Shown: one piece after another, positions 25,057-34,250 of the stretch
Layout: each line of letters starts with the position of its first letter
How positions within the stretch are numbered: position 1 is the stretch's first letter
Origin: Chloroflexota bacterium
GTDB lineage: Bacteria; Chloroflexota; Anaerolineae; Anaerolineales; UBA4823
Length of the DNA stretch: 64,000 bases
Direction of reading: 5' to 3'
Assembly (NCBI GenBank): GCA_032124675.1
Contig: JAQBDA010000196.1
Coordinates: forward strand, 207-64,206
Translations under genes and position numbers: made by a program
Notes under the pieces: generated by a model
Told to the model about the DNA's origin: nothing
What the model saw: the letters and a program-made list of their open reading frames with translations, nothing else
Databases searched by the model: none

Positions 25057-26190
25057 TCAGGTCATCTCAAGGATTGTGGCAGTTGCCATGCCATGCCCGA
25101 TGCACATCGTCTGCAGCCCATACCTGCCGCCGGTGCGCAGCAATTCGTGCAGCAGTTTGGTCATCAAGATGGCTCCGGTCGCGCCCAGCGGGTGCCCCAG
25201 GGCGATGGCGCCGCCGTTGGGGTTTACTTTATCCATATCCGGCTCTAGCTCTTTGGCCCAGGCGAGCACCACAGAGGCGAAAGCCTCGTTGATCTCGATG
25301 GCATCCATATCTTCGAGCGCCAGCCCGGCACGCCGGAGCACCTCCCGGGTTGCCGGGATCGGTCCATCCAGCATGAGCACCGGGTCCGACCCGGTGACAA
25401 AGCGGGCTGCCAGGCGGGCCAGCGGGTCTAGGTTGTAGCGCCCGACTGCCCGGGCAGAGGCCAGTACCAGGGCAGCGGCACCGTCACTGATCTGGCTGGA
25501 GTTGCCGGCAGTGACCACCCCGTTCTCCTTGAATACCGCCTTGAGAGCGGCCATTTTCTGCCGGTTGGGCGGCATCCGCACCCCTTCATCAACCGTAAAC
25601 TGCGTCCGGTCCGGTCTGGTGATAGGAAGGACCTGCTCATCGAACCAGCCGTCCTGGATGGCTCCCATGGCGCGCAGGTGGCTCCGGTAGCTGAAATCGT
25701 CTAGCTCATCCCGGCTCAGCTCCCATTTCTCGGCCATCATCTCGGCACTGATTCCCTGATGTACCAGCGGGTATGGGAAATCTGCCGGCCATTCAGCCGG
25801 CCAATCGCTGCCGATCGGCTGGTGCGACATCATCTCTGTTCCACCCGCGATGACGATATCCATATCCCCGGCCAGGATGGCCTGGGCTGCGAAATGTATG
25901 GATTGTTGTCCAGACCCGCACATGCGGTTTAAGGTCACAGCGGGTATATCCGGCGGGAAGCCGGCCTTGAGCACCGCCAGGCGGGCAAGATTGGCGCCTT
26001 GGTCGCCAATCGGTGTGGCACAGCCCAGGATGACATCATCCACCTGCCCAGGGCTTACCCCGGCTCTGCCTAGGGCTTCCTGCAGGACCAGAGCGGTCAG
26101 GTCAACCGGGTGGAAGTGGGAGAGCGCCCCGCCCGGTTTTCCCATCCCCACGGGTGTGCGTACAGCAGATATGATATATGCTTCGCTCAT
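25057..26190 (-). CDS. Acetyl-CoA C-acetyl/acyltransferase (thiolase)
   Basis: AYIISAVRTPVG, NRMCGSGQQS (active-site Cys), NPNGGAIALGHPLGATG, CIGHGMA. I prefer ATG 26190 (MSEAYII) to the track start 26232. Confidence 0.9.
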   Translation of the reverse strand: MSEAYIISAVRTPVGMGKPGGALSHFHPVDLTALVLQEALGRAGVSPGQVDDVILGCATPIGDQGANLARLAVLKAGFPPDIPAVTLNRMCGSGQQSIHFAAQAILAGDMDIVIAGGTEMMSHQPIGSDWPAEWPADFPYPLVHQGISAEMMAEKWELSRDELDDFSYRSHLRAMGAIQDGWFDEQVLPITRPDRTQFTVDEGVRMPPNRQKMAALKAVFKENGVVTAGNSSQISDGAAALVLASARAVGRYNLDPLARLAARFVTGSDPVLMLDGPIPATREVLRRAGLALEDMDAIEINEAFASVVLAWAKELEPDMDKVNPNGGAIALGHPLGATGAILMTKLLHELLRTGGRYGLQTMCIGHGMATATILEMT

Positions 26191-26384
26191 ATGGATAAGG
26201 ATACCATTAAGTGCATAATTTACATCCCGCAATCGAGGGAGATTCCGGGTTTTTAACAGTGGATGGCCTGTCCAACGCGAGTTTGCAAAAACAACGCCGG
26301 ACGGCTAAAATATACTCTGGCTGGTGAACATCCGTCTCAACCGGATGAAACCAGGTCAATCCAGTACCAGTTCAAGGAAGGATC

Positions 26385-27713
26385 ATGGCACAGGCAACCT
26401 TTCACTTCCCACGCGGGTTTCTCTGGGGAACAGCAACTTCCTCCCACCAGGTAGAGGGGAATAACGTCAACAACAACTGGTGGGCATGGGAGCAGCAGAC
26501 CGGACGTATCCGTAATGGCGATCAATCGGGATTAGCCTGCGACTGGTGGGGTGGTCGCTGGCGTGAGGATTTCGACCGTGCCGCCAATGCCGGGCAGAAC
26601 GCCCACCGTCTGTCGATCGAATGGAGCCGCATCCAGCCAGAGCCAGACCGCTGGGATGAGACGGCTCTCGACCGCTATCTGGCGATGATGCGCGGACTGC
26701 GCGAGCGCAAAATCACACCCCTGGTTACGCTGCACCATTTCAGCGACCCGCTCTGGCTGGAAGAGCAAGGGGGTTGGGAAGACGAGAGAGTGGTCGGGCG
26801 ATTTTCGGCTTATGTCGAGCGGGTGGTCGAAGCGCTGCGCGAATACACCAGCCTGTGGGTGACGATCAATGAACCGAATGTGCTGTACGCGAGCGCCTAT
26901 CTGGCTGGCATCTGGCCGCCGGGGAAGCAGAGTCTCACCGCCATGGGACGGGTGATGACAAATCTTGTCCGGGCGCATGCGGCAGCCTACCACGCCATAC
27001 ACCGGCTGCAGCCCCAAGCTCAGGTCGGGATAGCGATCAACTACCTCCCGTTTCAGCCGGTCAGCTCCTGGTCTCCGCTGCAGCGGCTGTTTGCAGGTCT
27101 GGCTGACGGTATCTTCAACGAGTTCTTCCCGACTGCCATACACAGCGGCAGGCTGCGCTTCCCGCTGTGGTCGCGGCGCATCCCGGAAGCCAAAGGCACC
27201 CATGATTTCCTGGGCATCAACTATTACACCCGCGGCTATATTTCTGGCAACCTGGCCAATCTGCAAGAAATGATTAAGACGCCGCACTTCCCGCCCGGCA
27301 GCCAGGTCAGCCCCAGCGGCATGCTTGCCAACGAGCCGCTGGGAATGTTCGCAGCCCTGAAGTGGGGCTTGAAATTCAAGCTGCCGATTTTCGTCACCGA
27401 GAACGGGATCGAGGACCAGGAGGATCAGCTGCGGCCGCGCTACCTGATCGAGCACCTGCACCAGTTATGGCGGGCTGTGAATTTCAACTACCCGGTCAAA
27501 GGCTATTTCCACTGGAGCTTGGTGGATAACTTTGAGTGGGAGCGCGGCTGGACGCAGCGTTTTGGTTTGTGGGAGCTGGATGTCGATACCCAGGTGCGCA
27601 GCAAACGCCCCAGCGCCGACCTATATGCAGAGATCTGCCGTGAGAACGGCATCTCCTCGGATATGGTGCAACGATACGCCCCGCAAATCTTCGCCAGTAT
27701 GTTCCCTGATTGA
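26385..27713 (+). CDS. GH1 beta-glucosidase
   Basis: FPRGFLWGTATSSHQVEG, TLHHFSDPLWL, TINEPN (acid/base Glu), FVTENG (nucleophile Glu), HWSLVDNFEW. Confidence 0.9.
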   Translation: MAQATFHFPRGFLWGTATSSHQVEGNNVNNNWWAWEQQTGRIRNGDQSGLACDWWGGRWREDFDRAANAGQNAHRLSIEWSRIQPEPDRWDETALDRYLAMMRGLRERKITPLVTLHHFSDPLWLEEQGGWEDERVVGRFSAYVERVVEALREYTSLWVTINEPNVLYASAYLAGIWPPGKQSLTAMGRVMTNLVRAHAAAYHAIHRLQPQAQVGIAINYLPFQPVSSWSPLQRLFAGLADGIFNEFFPTAIHSGRLRFPLWSRRIPEAKGTHDFLGINYYTRGYISGNLANLQEMIKTPHFPPGSQVSPSGMLANEPLGMFAALKWGLKFKLPIFVTENGIEDQEDQLRPRYLIEHLHQLWRAVNFNYPVKGYFHWSLVDNFEWERGWTQRFGLWELDVDTQVRSKRPSADLYAEICRENGISSDMVQRYAPQIFASMFPD

Positions 27714-27729
27714 CCCGTATAGACAGGTT

Positions 27730-28632
27730 ATGAATACGCTTATCAGCCGAAGTTCCGATCTGTACGTGGTGGTTTGCCGCCCCGCGCTGCCCAAGGATAA
27801 GCCCGATGTGCTGGTGCTGACGCGCGACATCTGGGATGGCAATGATTACGTGCCCAAGATCTGGGATGAATGGCTGGCGGACCCGGAAGGTCTGCTGGCG
27901 ACAGCCGAATACGGCGGGCAGGTGGTCGGTCTGGTGAAGCTCTCCCACAAAGGGACCCGAGAGTGGTGGCTGGAGGGGCTGCGCGTCCACCCGCAGTATC
28001 AGGGTCGCGGGATTGCTTCCCACATGCATGATTACATCTTAGACTACTGGAAGCGAGATCTGGGTGGGGTTATCCGCCTGGCGACCTCTTCGGCTAGGCT
28101 GCCGGTGCACCGCCTATGCCAGCGAACAGGGTTCGAATTGGCGGGCGAATACCGCCTGTATGCTGCCCCATCTCTGAGCGGAGGTCAATCGGTTCTGCGT
28201 CCCATACAGGCTGACGAGGCTGGCCGGGCAGTGGGGTATCTCCTGGACAGCCCGCTGTTCGCCTTGTGCAGCGAGATGGTCTATCTGGATTGGTGCTGGG
28301 GCAGCCTCACTCCTGAGCGCCTAGCAGAGATCATCCAGCGCGAGCAGGCCTTCTGGTGGTTGGGAGAAGATGGCGGCGTGAGTGGTTTGCTGGGCATCGC
28401 CGTCGACGAAGACGACGAAGCCGGTCAGCATCCTTTCATCCAGGTGCTGGGCTGCGAAGAGCAAGATTTGCCAGAGCTGCTTCTGGTTTACCGCCGCCTG
28501 GCAGGCCAGATGGGTTTTGGCCGGGCGGAATGGCTGGCTCCGGATCAGGAGACGGTCATAAGATTCCTACAGGGAGCTGGCTATCAGAGCGATTGGGAGA
28601 ACAGCCTGTATCTGTTCGAGAAAAGAGAATAG
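27730..28632 (+). CDS. GNAT-family N-acetyltransferase with a C-terminal extension
   Basis: VVGLVKLSHKGTREWWLEGLRVHPQYQGRGIASHMHDY is an acetyl-CoA binding motif A. The track ORF start 27532 overlaps the GH1 gene, so ATG 27730 is used. Confidence 0.7.
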   Translation: MNTLISRSSDLYVVVCRPALPKDKPDVLVLTRDIWDGNDYVPKIWDEWLADPEGLLATAEYGGQVVGLVKLSHKGTREWWLEGLRVHPQYQGRGIASHMHDYILDYWKRDLGGVIRLATSSARLPVHRLCQRTGFELAGEYRLYAAPSLSGGQSVLRPIQADEAGRAVGYLLDSPLFALCSEMVYLDWCWGSLTPERLAEIIQREQAFWWLGEDGGVSGLLGIAVDEDDEAGQHPFIQVLGCEEQDLPELLLVYRRLAGQMGFGRAEWLAPDQETVIRFLQGAGYQSDWENSLYLFEKRE

Positions 28633-28734
28633 TGGCAGGGCGGGATGAGGCAGTCGGTAATTGCCCTGATTCCACCGTGCCTCGTGGTATAATCTCGGGC
28701 GCTAAATAGCTTTACAAGTGCATAGTTTTTACGA

Positions 28735-28821
28735 GGAGAGGTTGCGTAGTCTGGCCTAACGCGCACGCCTGGAGAGCGTGTGAGCCGCAAGGCTCCGCGG
28801 GTTCGAATCCCGCCCTCTCCG
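28735..28821 (+). tRNA. tRNA-Ser (anticodon GGA), type II with long variable arm
   Basis: GGAGAGG acceptor pairs with CCTCTCC. Anticodon stem-loop CACGC-CTGGAGA-GCGTG. Variable arm GAGCC-gcaa-GGCTC. T-arm CGGG-TTCGAAT-CCCG. A TGgTATAAT extended -10 lies at 28685-28693. Confidence 0.9.
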
Positions 28822-28828
28822 CCTTATT

Positions 28829-29194
28829 CTACCCCGCTGTGGAGATCGCCCGCAGGATAAGCAGCGCGGAGACGAACAGCGCCGACCCGTAGATCAGCAT
28901 CACCCGGCGCTGCTCGTCCCCCTTGGTGTAGGCATACACACCTGGGATGACCAGGGCGGTGACGATGCCGTATAAGATGTGGATGCCGCGCTCAGGTCGG
29001 GCGCCGATAATGTACAGGTATGCGCCCAGCAGCCCCTGACCGACGATCAGGATCTCTCCGATCATCAGCGCCCCCCAATAATTGCTGTCCACCCCTTGCT
29101 TGCGAAAGTAGCGCCACATGCCCCACAATGCCAGGATAACCATGAAGTACAGCGCGGTATATCCTAGGCGACCATGTATATCTCCAAGTGTCAT
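28829..29194 (-). CDS. Small integral membrane protein (about 4 TM), function unknown
   Basis: 121 aa with hydrophobic periodicity (YFMVILALWGMW, ILIVGQGLLGAYLYIIG, ILYGIVTALVIPGVY, LIYGSALFVSALLIL). Confidence 0.6.
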   Translation of the reverse strand: MTLGDIHGRLGYTALYFMVILALWGMWRYFRKQGVDSNYWGALMIGEILIVGQGLLGAYLYIIGARPERGIHILYGIVTALVIPGVYAYTKGDEQRRVMLIYGSALFVSALLILRAISTAG

Positions 29195-29546
29195 GCAGCC
29201 CTCCCCGGTTGTAGGATAACCGGCACATCACGCCGGATAGCCCTGATGATACCATACCACCAGACGGCCGGTTGGCGCAGGAAGGGGCGGGTCGCGGTCG
29301 GCTCTCACCCCGAGCAGCAAGATTTTGAGGGTGATCGATAGATCACCCTTTTGGTTTATACAAAATCACACAATTATATTTTTGTGGTGTATGACAGGGG
29401 TGCCATTTTTTGGTAAACTCTGGCTGGCGGATTGCATATCAGCTATATTCCGTCGCAATTATCCTGTTCAATTACAACCTTGCGATATAATTCTCTATAA
29501 AGAATATATATCCATTTTGTCCAAGTTTTTACTAGGAGAGCTGGGA

Positions 29547-30104
29547 ATGGCAAAGACCCCTGAAGAATCAACCCCTGAAAAGGTGCCGGTCAGCCGGCGT
29601 GAATTCTTGAATATTGCCTGGTTGGCTTCCCTGGGTTTTCTGACCGTCAGCCTGGGAGGGGTCACATTTCTGTTTGCCATGCCTCGCTTCAAGGCAGGTG
29701 AGTTCGGCGGAGTTATCCCAGTAGGGACAGCCACTGAGCTGCCGGCCACCGATGCGCCGCCGGAAAATCACCCCAAAGTGAAGCTCTGGCTGTCAAACAC
29801 TGACCAGGGCGTTGTGGCTCTTTACAAAGTGTGCACCCACCTTGGATGCCTTTACAACTGGAACAACCAGGAAGATAAATTCATCTGCCCGTGCCATGGT
29901 TCTCAGTTCCAGAAGGACGGCATATATATCGCCGGGCCAGCGCCGCGCAACCTGGACCGCTTTGCAGTGCAGGCGGTGGACCCAACGACAGGCGATATCC
30001 TGGCTGAGTCGATCGACGGTACGCCACTGCCTGTGCCGGATGACCCGAACGCTATTATTCAGGTCGATACAGGCGTGCGCATCAAAGGCCAGCCTCACGC
30101 TTAG
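29547..30104 (+). CDS. Rieske [2Fe-2S] subunit of a cytochrome bc-type complex
   Basis: Tat-like N-terminus (SRREFLNIAWLASLGF). CTHLGC...CPCHGSQF cluster boxes. GGAG RBS 9 nt upstream of ATG 29547; the track start 29325 is unlikely. Confidence 0.85.
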   Translation: MAKTPEESTPEKVPVSRREFLNIAWLASLGFLTVSLGGVTFLFAMPRFKAGEFGGVIPVGTATELPATDAPPENHPKVKLWLSNTDQGVVALYKVCTHLGCLYNWNNQEDKFICPCHGSQFQKDGIYIAGPAPRNLDRFAVQAVDPTTGDILAESIDGTPLPVPDDPNAIIQVDTGVRIKGQPHA

Positions 30105-30142
30105 TAATATGCTCTCATTTCCAAACGATTTGATCTGACGGG

Positions 30143-31747
30143 GTGCTGATGAATAAGACACTCGATCTTCAAGATATGCGTAAGAAAGTCGGCAGTGCGG
30201 TAGACAGCCGGGTGCGGATCATTACCGCCGGTCTCGGGCTAAATGAGCTGAGAGCCATCCTGCGCGGCGACCCGCCGACCGAGAAACCCAACCCGCGCTA
30301 TCGCGTTCATACGACCAGCTTCATATTCCATATCCGGCCGCGTTATTACGAAAAAGGCTCGACGTTTTTTACCCATACCTTCCGCCTAGGGTTTTTCACC
30401 GCCTTGTTTTTCTTCGTAGAGCTTTTCACCGGTCTGATCTTGATGATTTATTACACACCTTCGCCGGCGGAAGCATACACCTCGATCCTCAATCTTGCCA
30501 GTAATGTTCCCTACGGCAAGATGCTGCGCGATATCCATCGTTTAGGTGCTGAGGCGATGGTGATCTTCACATTTTTACATATGGTGCGCACATACCTGAC
30601 CGGGTCTTATAAGAAAGAGCGCTCCTTCACCTGGCTGACGGGCGTGGTTCTCTTGGGCATCACCCTGTTTCTCAGCTTCAGCGGCTACCTGCTGCCATGG
30701 GACCAGCTGGCCTACTGGGCGGTTACCATCGGAACCAGTATGGCAGAGGCCGCCCCTTTGATTGGCGAACAGGTGAACCTGATCTTGCGCGGCGCACCGG
30801 ATATTGCTGCTGGAGGTCTGCTGCGATTTTATCTTTTGCACGTTGTCCTGCTGCCGCTGGCAGCAGTGCTGGTGATCAGCATCCATTACTATAAGGTAGC
30901 CCGCGAGCATGGCATATCATTGCCAGCCAAATACGAAGAGGGAAATGCATCTCCTGAAGAGCTGAAAGATGCCAAACGCAGGGTTGACTACATCCCCGAT
31001 CTTTTAACCCACGAAGTTTTCTTAACTGCTCTGGGTTTATTTGCATTAATTGCCGCAACCTTCATTTTTGGGTATGCCGCGCCATTAGAACATATCGCCA
31101 ATCCTCAAGCAACCCCGCTGGATACCGAAGCACCCTGGTACTTCTGGTGGCTGCAAGGTATGCTCAAGCTGGGTGACAAGACATTGATGGGGATCATCAT
31201 CCCGACCATCATCGTTCTTTTGCTGGTGGGCATCCCCTATATCGACCGCAATCCATACCGCAGCCTGTATAAACGACCGGTGGCAGTCGGTGTGGGGCTG
31301 CTTGCTGTTGCAGCACTGATCGCTCTCAGCTATATGGGCTTACCGCATTTTGGCATCGAGATGCCAGCAGCAACTCGTATCATCCAGGATATCGCTCCGG
31401 AGGAAGGAGTGGGACCTTTGCGGTCGGTCCCATTTGACCAGCTTCAGACAGGGGTCTATGAAGTGGGTCCGGAAGCCCCGCGCGAGCTGTGCCCGAACCT
31501 GGATTTCGGCTGCCCTGAGCTGACCGCGGTGTTCAGTGAATTCTCGGAGCGGGTAACGGAGGCTGCCACCAACGAAAGATTGGCAGATTACCAGAAATTG
31601 CCCAATGCGAATGCTGTCATGCTGGTCGAGGATTGGCAGGAGGGCTTGAAGAAGGCCACTCTGCGCATCACCTGGGATGACGTCAAGAGCGGTAAGAAAC
31701 AAACCTATGAGAAGCAGTATTTCTTGCACAGCGAGCGTGAACGGTGA
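30143..31747 (+). CDS. Cytochrome b (fused b6 and subunit-IV-like) with a ~130-aa soluble C-terminal extension
   Basis: Heme-ligand His pairs in HRLGAEAMVIFTFLHMVRTY and RFYLLHVVLLPLAAVLVISIHYY. LPWDQLAYWA. Qo-site region TEAPWYFWW. Start is GTG 30143 or ATG 30149. Confidence 0.85.
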   Translation: MLMNKTLDLQDMRKKVGSAVDSRVRIITAGLGLNELRAILRGDPPTEKPNPRYRVHTTSFIFHIRPRYYEKGSTFFTHTFRLGFFTALFFFVELFTGLILMIYYTPSPAEAYTSILNLASNVPYGKMLRDIHRLGAEAMVIFTFLHMVRTYLTGSYKKERSFTWLTGVVLLGITLFLSFSGYLLPWDQLAYWAVTIGTSMAEAAPLIGEQVNLILRGAPDIAAGGLLRFYLLHVVLLPLAAVLVISIHYYKVAREHGISLPAKYEEGNASPEELKDAKRRVDYIPDLLTHEVFLTALGLFALIAATFIFGYAAPLEHIANPQATPLDTEAPWYFWWLQGMLKLGDKTLMGIIIPTIIVLLLVGIPYIDRNPYRSLYKRPVAVGVGLLAVAALIALSYMGLPHFGIEMPAATRIIQDIAPEEGVGPLRSVPFDQLQTGVYEVGPEAPRELCPNLDFGCPELTAVFSEFSERVTEAATNERLADYQKLPNANAVMLVEDWQEGLKKATLRITWDDVKSGKKQTYEKQYFLHSERER

Positions 31748-31779
31748 TGAAATTTCTGGAGCGGAGGGCCTAGAACGAT

Positions 31780-32625
31780 ATGTCTCGGGTTAATATTGAA
31801 ATCACGCTGGGTGTATTGCTTGTGCTGGCGACCGGAGCAATGCTAATTTTTTACGGCATCCGGGAAGAGCCGCGCATGGAAGAATTTGCCAGTTCTCAGC
31901 AGGCTCAGGCAATCGAAGTGGGCGCCGAACTGTTTGACATCAATTGTACAGGCTGCCATGGCAAGCAGGGTGAAGGCGTGCTCGGGCTGTGCCCGCCGCT
32001 CAACGACCGCTACTTTTTTGACAATCGCATCAAAGACGTAGGCTGGAGCGGGTCGCTGGAGGATTATATAGTCGCCACCGTTTCCGGCGGGCGGCTGAAT
32101 TCCACCCGCCCCGAGCTGTATGCCGGGCAAGGCATCCCGGCCATGCCGGCCTGGTCTGATGAGTATGGCGGTCCACTGCGCGAGGACCAGATACGCAACA
32201 TTGCTGCATTTGTCGTCAATTGGCAAGCGACCGCGCCTGACCGAAGTCAGGAGCTGCCTCTGGCCGGACCACCAGTTGGAACGGATATCACCATCGATCT
32301 GCCAGAAGGCGACCCGGTAAATGGTGAAGCTCTGGCAACCTCCAAGGCGTGCACCGGCTGCCACATAAACACGAACACCGGTCCCGCCTGGCTGCCGGAC
32401 GGAGCCACGCCCGGGATTGGGGCACGAGCGGAAACCCGTTTCAGCCAGTCTGATTACACAGGAAATGCCACCTCGGCGGAGCAGTACCTGCTGGAGTCGG
32501 TTGTCCAGCCGAATGTTTTCGTTGTCGAGGGCTATGCCGAGGGCATAATGCCCGGCATCTACAGCTCGTCTCTCACCGCGCAGGATGCCGCCGACCTGAT
32601 CGCATATATAATGACTATCCGCTGA
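31780..32625 (+). CDS. Membrane-anchored diheme cytochrome c
   Basis: Two CxxCH sites (CTGCHG, CTGCHI), an N-terminal TM, and a GGAGGG RBS. Confidence 0.8.
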   Translation: MSRVNIEITLGVLLVLATGAMLIFYGIREEPRMEEFASSQQAQAIEVGAELFDINCTGCHGKQGEGVLGLCPPLNDRYFFDNRIKDVGWSGSLEDYIVATVSGGRLNSTRPELYAGQGIPAMPAWSDEYGGPLREDQIRNIAAFVVNWQATAPDRSQELPLAGPPVGTDITIDLPEGDPVNGEALATSKACTGCHINTNTGPAWLPDGATPGIGARAETRFSQSDYTGNATSAEQYLLESVVQPNVFVVEGYAEGIMPGIYSSSLTAQDAADLIAYIMTIR

Positions 32626-32626
32626 G

Positions 32627-33475
32627 GTGACCATGCCGTTTTCCAGCAAGCTCCGCACCTTTGGATTGGGATTGGTCTTGCTGATCGCTGCCTGGCTGCT
32701 GGTGATCGACCCGGTCAAAGCGCAGGACCAGGCACAGATCGAGCTGGGTGCGCGTCTGTTTGCCGAGAACTGTGCCGTATGCCATGGGGAGGCAGGGGAA
32801 GGTCGGGTGGGAGCAACTCTGGATAAAGACTGGCCCTCCATACGCCCCGACCTGCGAGTGAGATCCACCATCGTGAACGGCATTGCCGGTACACCCATGG
32901 TGCCCTGGGGGCAGGCCACGGGTGGGCCGTTCAGCGACGAGCAGATAGACGCCTTGGTAGCCTACATCCTGACCTGGGAAACAGGCGGGACGCGCATCAT
33001 TGGCCCAACGCCTACCTTTGCTGCCAGACCTTTGATCACTGCTATTCCGGATGTCGAAGGTGACCCAAATCAGGGGGCGCAGCTGTTCGACCAGAACTGT
33101 GCCGTGTGCCATGGTCCTGAGGGCCAGGGGCGCGTCGGTGCCGCGCTGGCGAAAAATTTCTCTTCCATCCGCCCGGACCTGGCAGTCAAGAGCACCATCT
33201 CCAATGGCATTGCCGGGTCGCCTATGCCGGCCTGGAGCCAGGCAAAGGGTGGTCCCCTTACCGAGCAGGAAATCAACCATCTCACCGCCTTTGTGCTGAC
33301 ACTAGCGGAAAATCCGGTTGTGTTCGAGCAACCCGCCCAACCGGATACTGCTCTGCAACCCAGCTGGCTGCGCGGGTGGGGTGGAGTGCTGCTGGCAGTG
33401 CTGCTCTTCGCTCTGATTATTGTGTTCGCCCTGTGGATACAGACCCGGGATAAGGCTTCCCCCCCTGACAGCTAA
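32627..33475 (+). CDS. Diheme cytochrome c with a C-terminal TM anchor
   Basis: Internal duplication, each half with CAVCHG...GRVGA(T/A)L...IRPDL...NGIAG(T/S)PM(V/P)(P/A)W. C-terminal VLLAVLLFALIIVFALWI. Confidence 0.8.
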   Translation: MTMPFSSKLRTFGLGLVLLIAAWLLVIDPVKAQDQAQIELGARLFAENCAVCHGEAGEGRVGATLDKDWPSIRPDLRVRSTIVNGIAGTPMVPWGQATGGPFSDEQIDALVAYILTWETGGTRIIGPTPTFAARPLITAIPDVEGDPNQGAQLFDQNCAVCHGPEGQGRVGAALAKNFSSIRPDLAVKSTISNGIAGSPMPAWSQAKGGPLTEQEINHLTAFVLTLAENPVVFEQPAQPDTALQPSWLRGWGGVLLAVLLFALIIVFALWIQTRDKASPPDS

Positions 33476-34250
33476 AAATATACTGGTTACGAACGATGAT
33501 GGCGTCACTGCGCCAGGTCTGCTCGCGCTGGTCCAGGAAATTCGGTATCTGGGAGATGTCACGATTCTGGCCCCGGACCGGAACTGGTCTGCTTCAGGGC
33601 ACGTAAAGACCATGCACCGCCCGCTGAGGGTGCAGGCTGTGAAGCTGGCTGATGGCAGCCCAGCCCTGACGACAGACGGCGCGCCATCCGATTGCGTATC
33701 CCTGGCAATCCTTGGGCTGGTTCCGAAGCAGATCGATCTGGTCGTGTCTGGGATAAACCCAAGCGCCAACCTGGGGCATGATGTGACGTATTCAGGTACT
33801 GTCACTGCAGCCATGGAGGCGGTGATCTGGGGCATACCCGGGGTGGCGGTATCTCTGGACGCGCCGGATAACCATCCGGGAACGCTTGATTTCCAGCCGG
33901 CCGCGCAGGCTGCTGGCAGGCTGGTGGGGAGAATCCTGCTCTCGGGGCTGCCTGGCGGGACGCTGCTGAATATCAATGTGCCGTACTTAAGCAGCGATCA
34001 GATCAGGGGGTTCAAGATTACGCGCCAGGGTCTGCGTGTGTACAAGGATTCGCTGGTCACCCGCCACGACCCGCGCGGCAGGCCGTATTATTGGATTGGC
34101 GGCGAAGCACCGACCGGCATTCCGGAAGATGGCTCCGATTTCGGTGCCCTGGCACAGGGATATGTCTCAGTGACGCCGCTCCAGTTGGACCTGACCGATC
34201 ACAAAGCCATGCAATCGCTGCGTTCCTGGGAAACTCTTAGGGGAAATTGA
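33420..34250 (+). CDS. surE: 5'/3'-nucleotidase SurE
   Basis: ILVTNDDGVTAPGL, SGINPSANLG, YSGTVTAAMEA. Start uncertain: no ATG/GTG lies between the upstream stop (33475) and the conserved NDDG box. TTG 33420 overlaps the cytochrome c gene by 56 nt. Confidence 0.85.
   Translation: MCSPCGYRPGIRLPPLTAKNILVTNDDGVTAPGLLALVQEIRYLGDVTILAPDRNWSASGHVKTMHRPLRVQAVKLADGSPALTTDGAPSDCVSLAILGLVPKQIDLVVSGINPSANLGHDVTYSGTVTAAMEAVIWGIPGVAVSLDAPDNHPGTLDFQPAAQAAGRLVGRILLSGLPGGTLLNINVPYLSSDQIRGFKITRQGLRVYKDSLVTRHDPRGRPYYWIGGEAPTGIPEDGSDFGALAQGYVSVTPLQLDLTDHKAMQSLRSWETLRGN

Noticed and set aside
26532-27461. 309-aa minus-strand ORF
   Set aside because: Antisense to the GH1 beta-glucosidase, whose catalytic motifs (NEP, TENG) prove the + frame.
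31843-32919. 358-aa minus-strand ORF (also 32615..33280 and 33302..33976)
   Set aside because: They are antisense to the CxxCH-containing cytochrome c genes and to surE. They are typical long antisense frames of GC-rich coding DNA.
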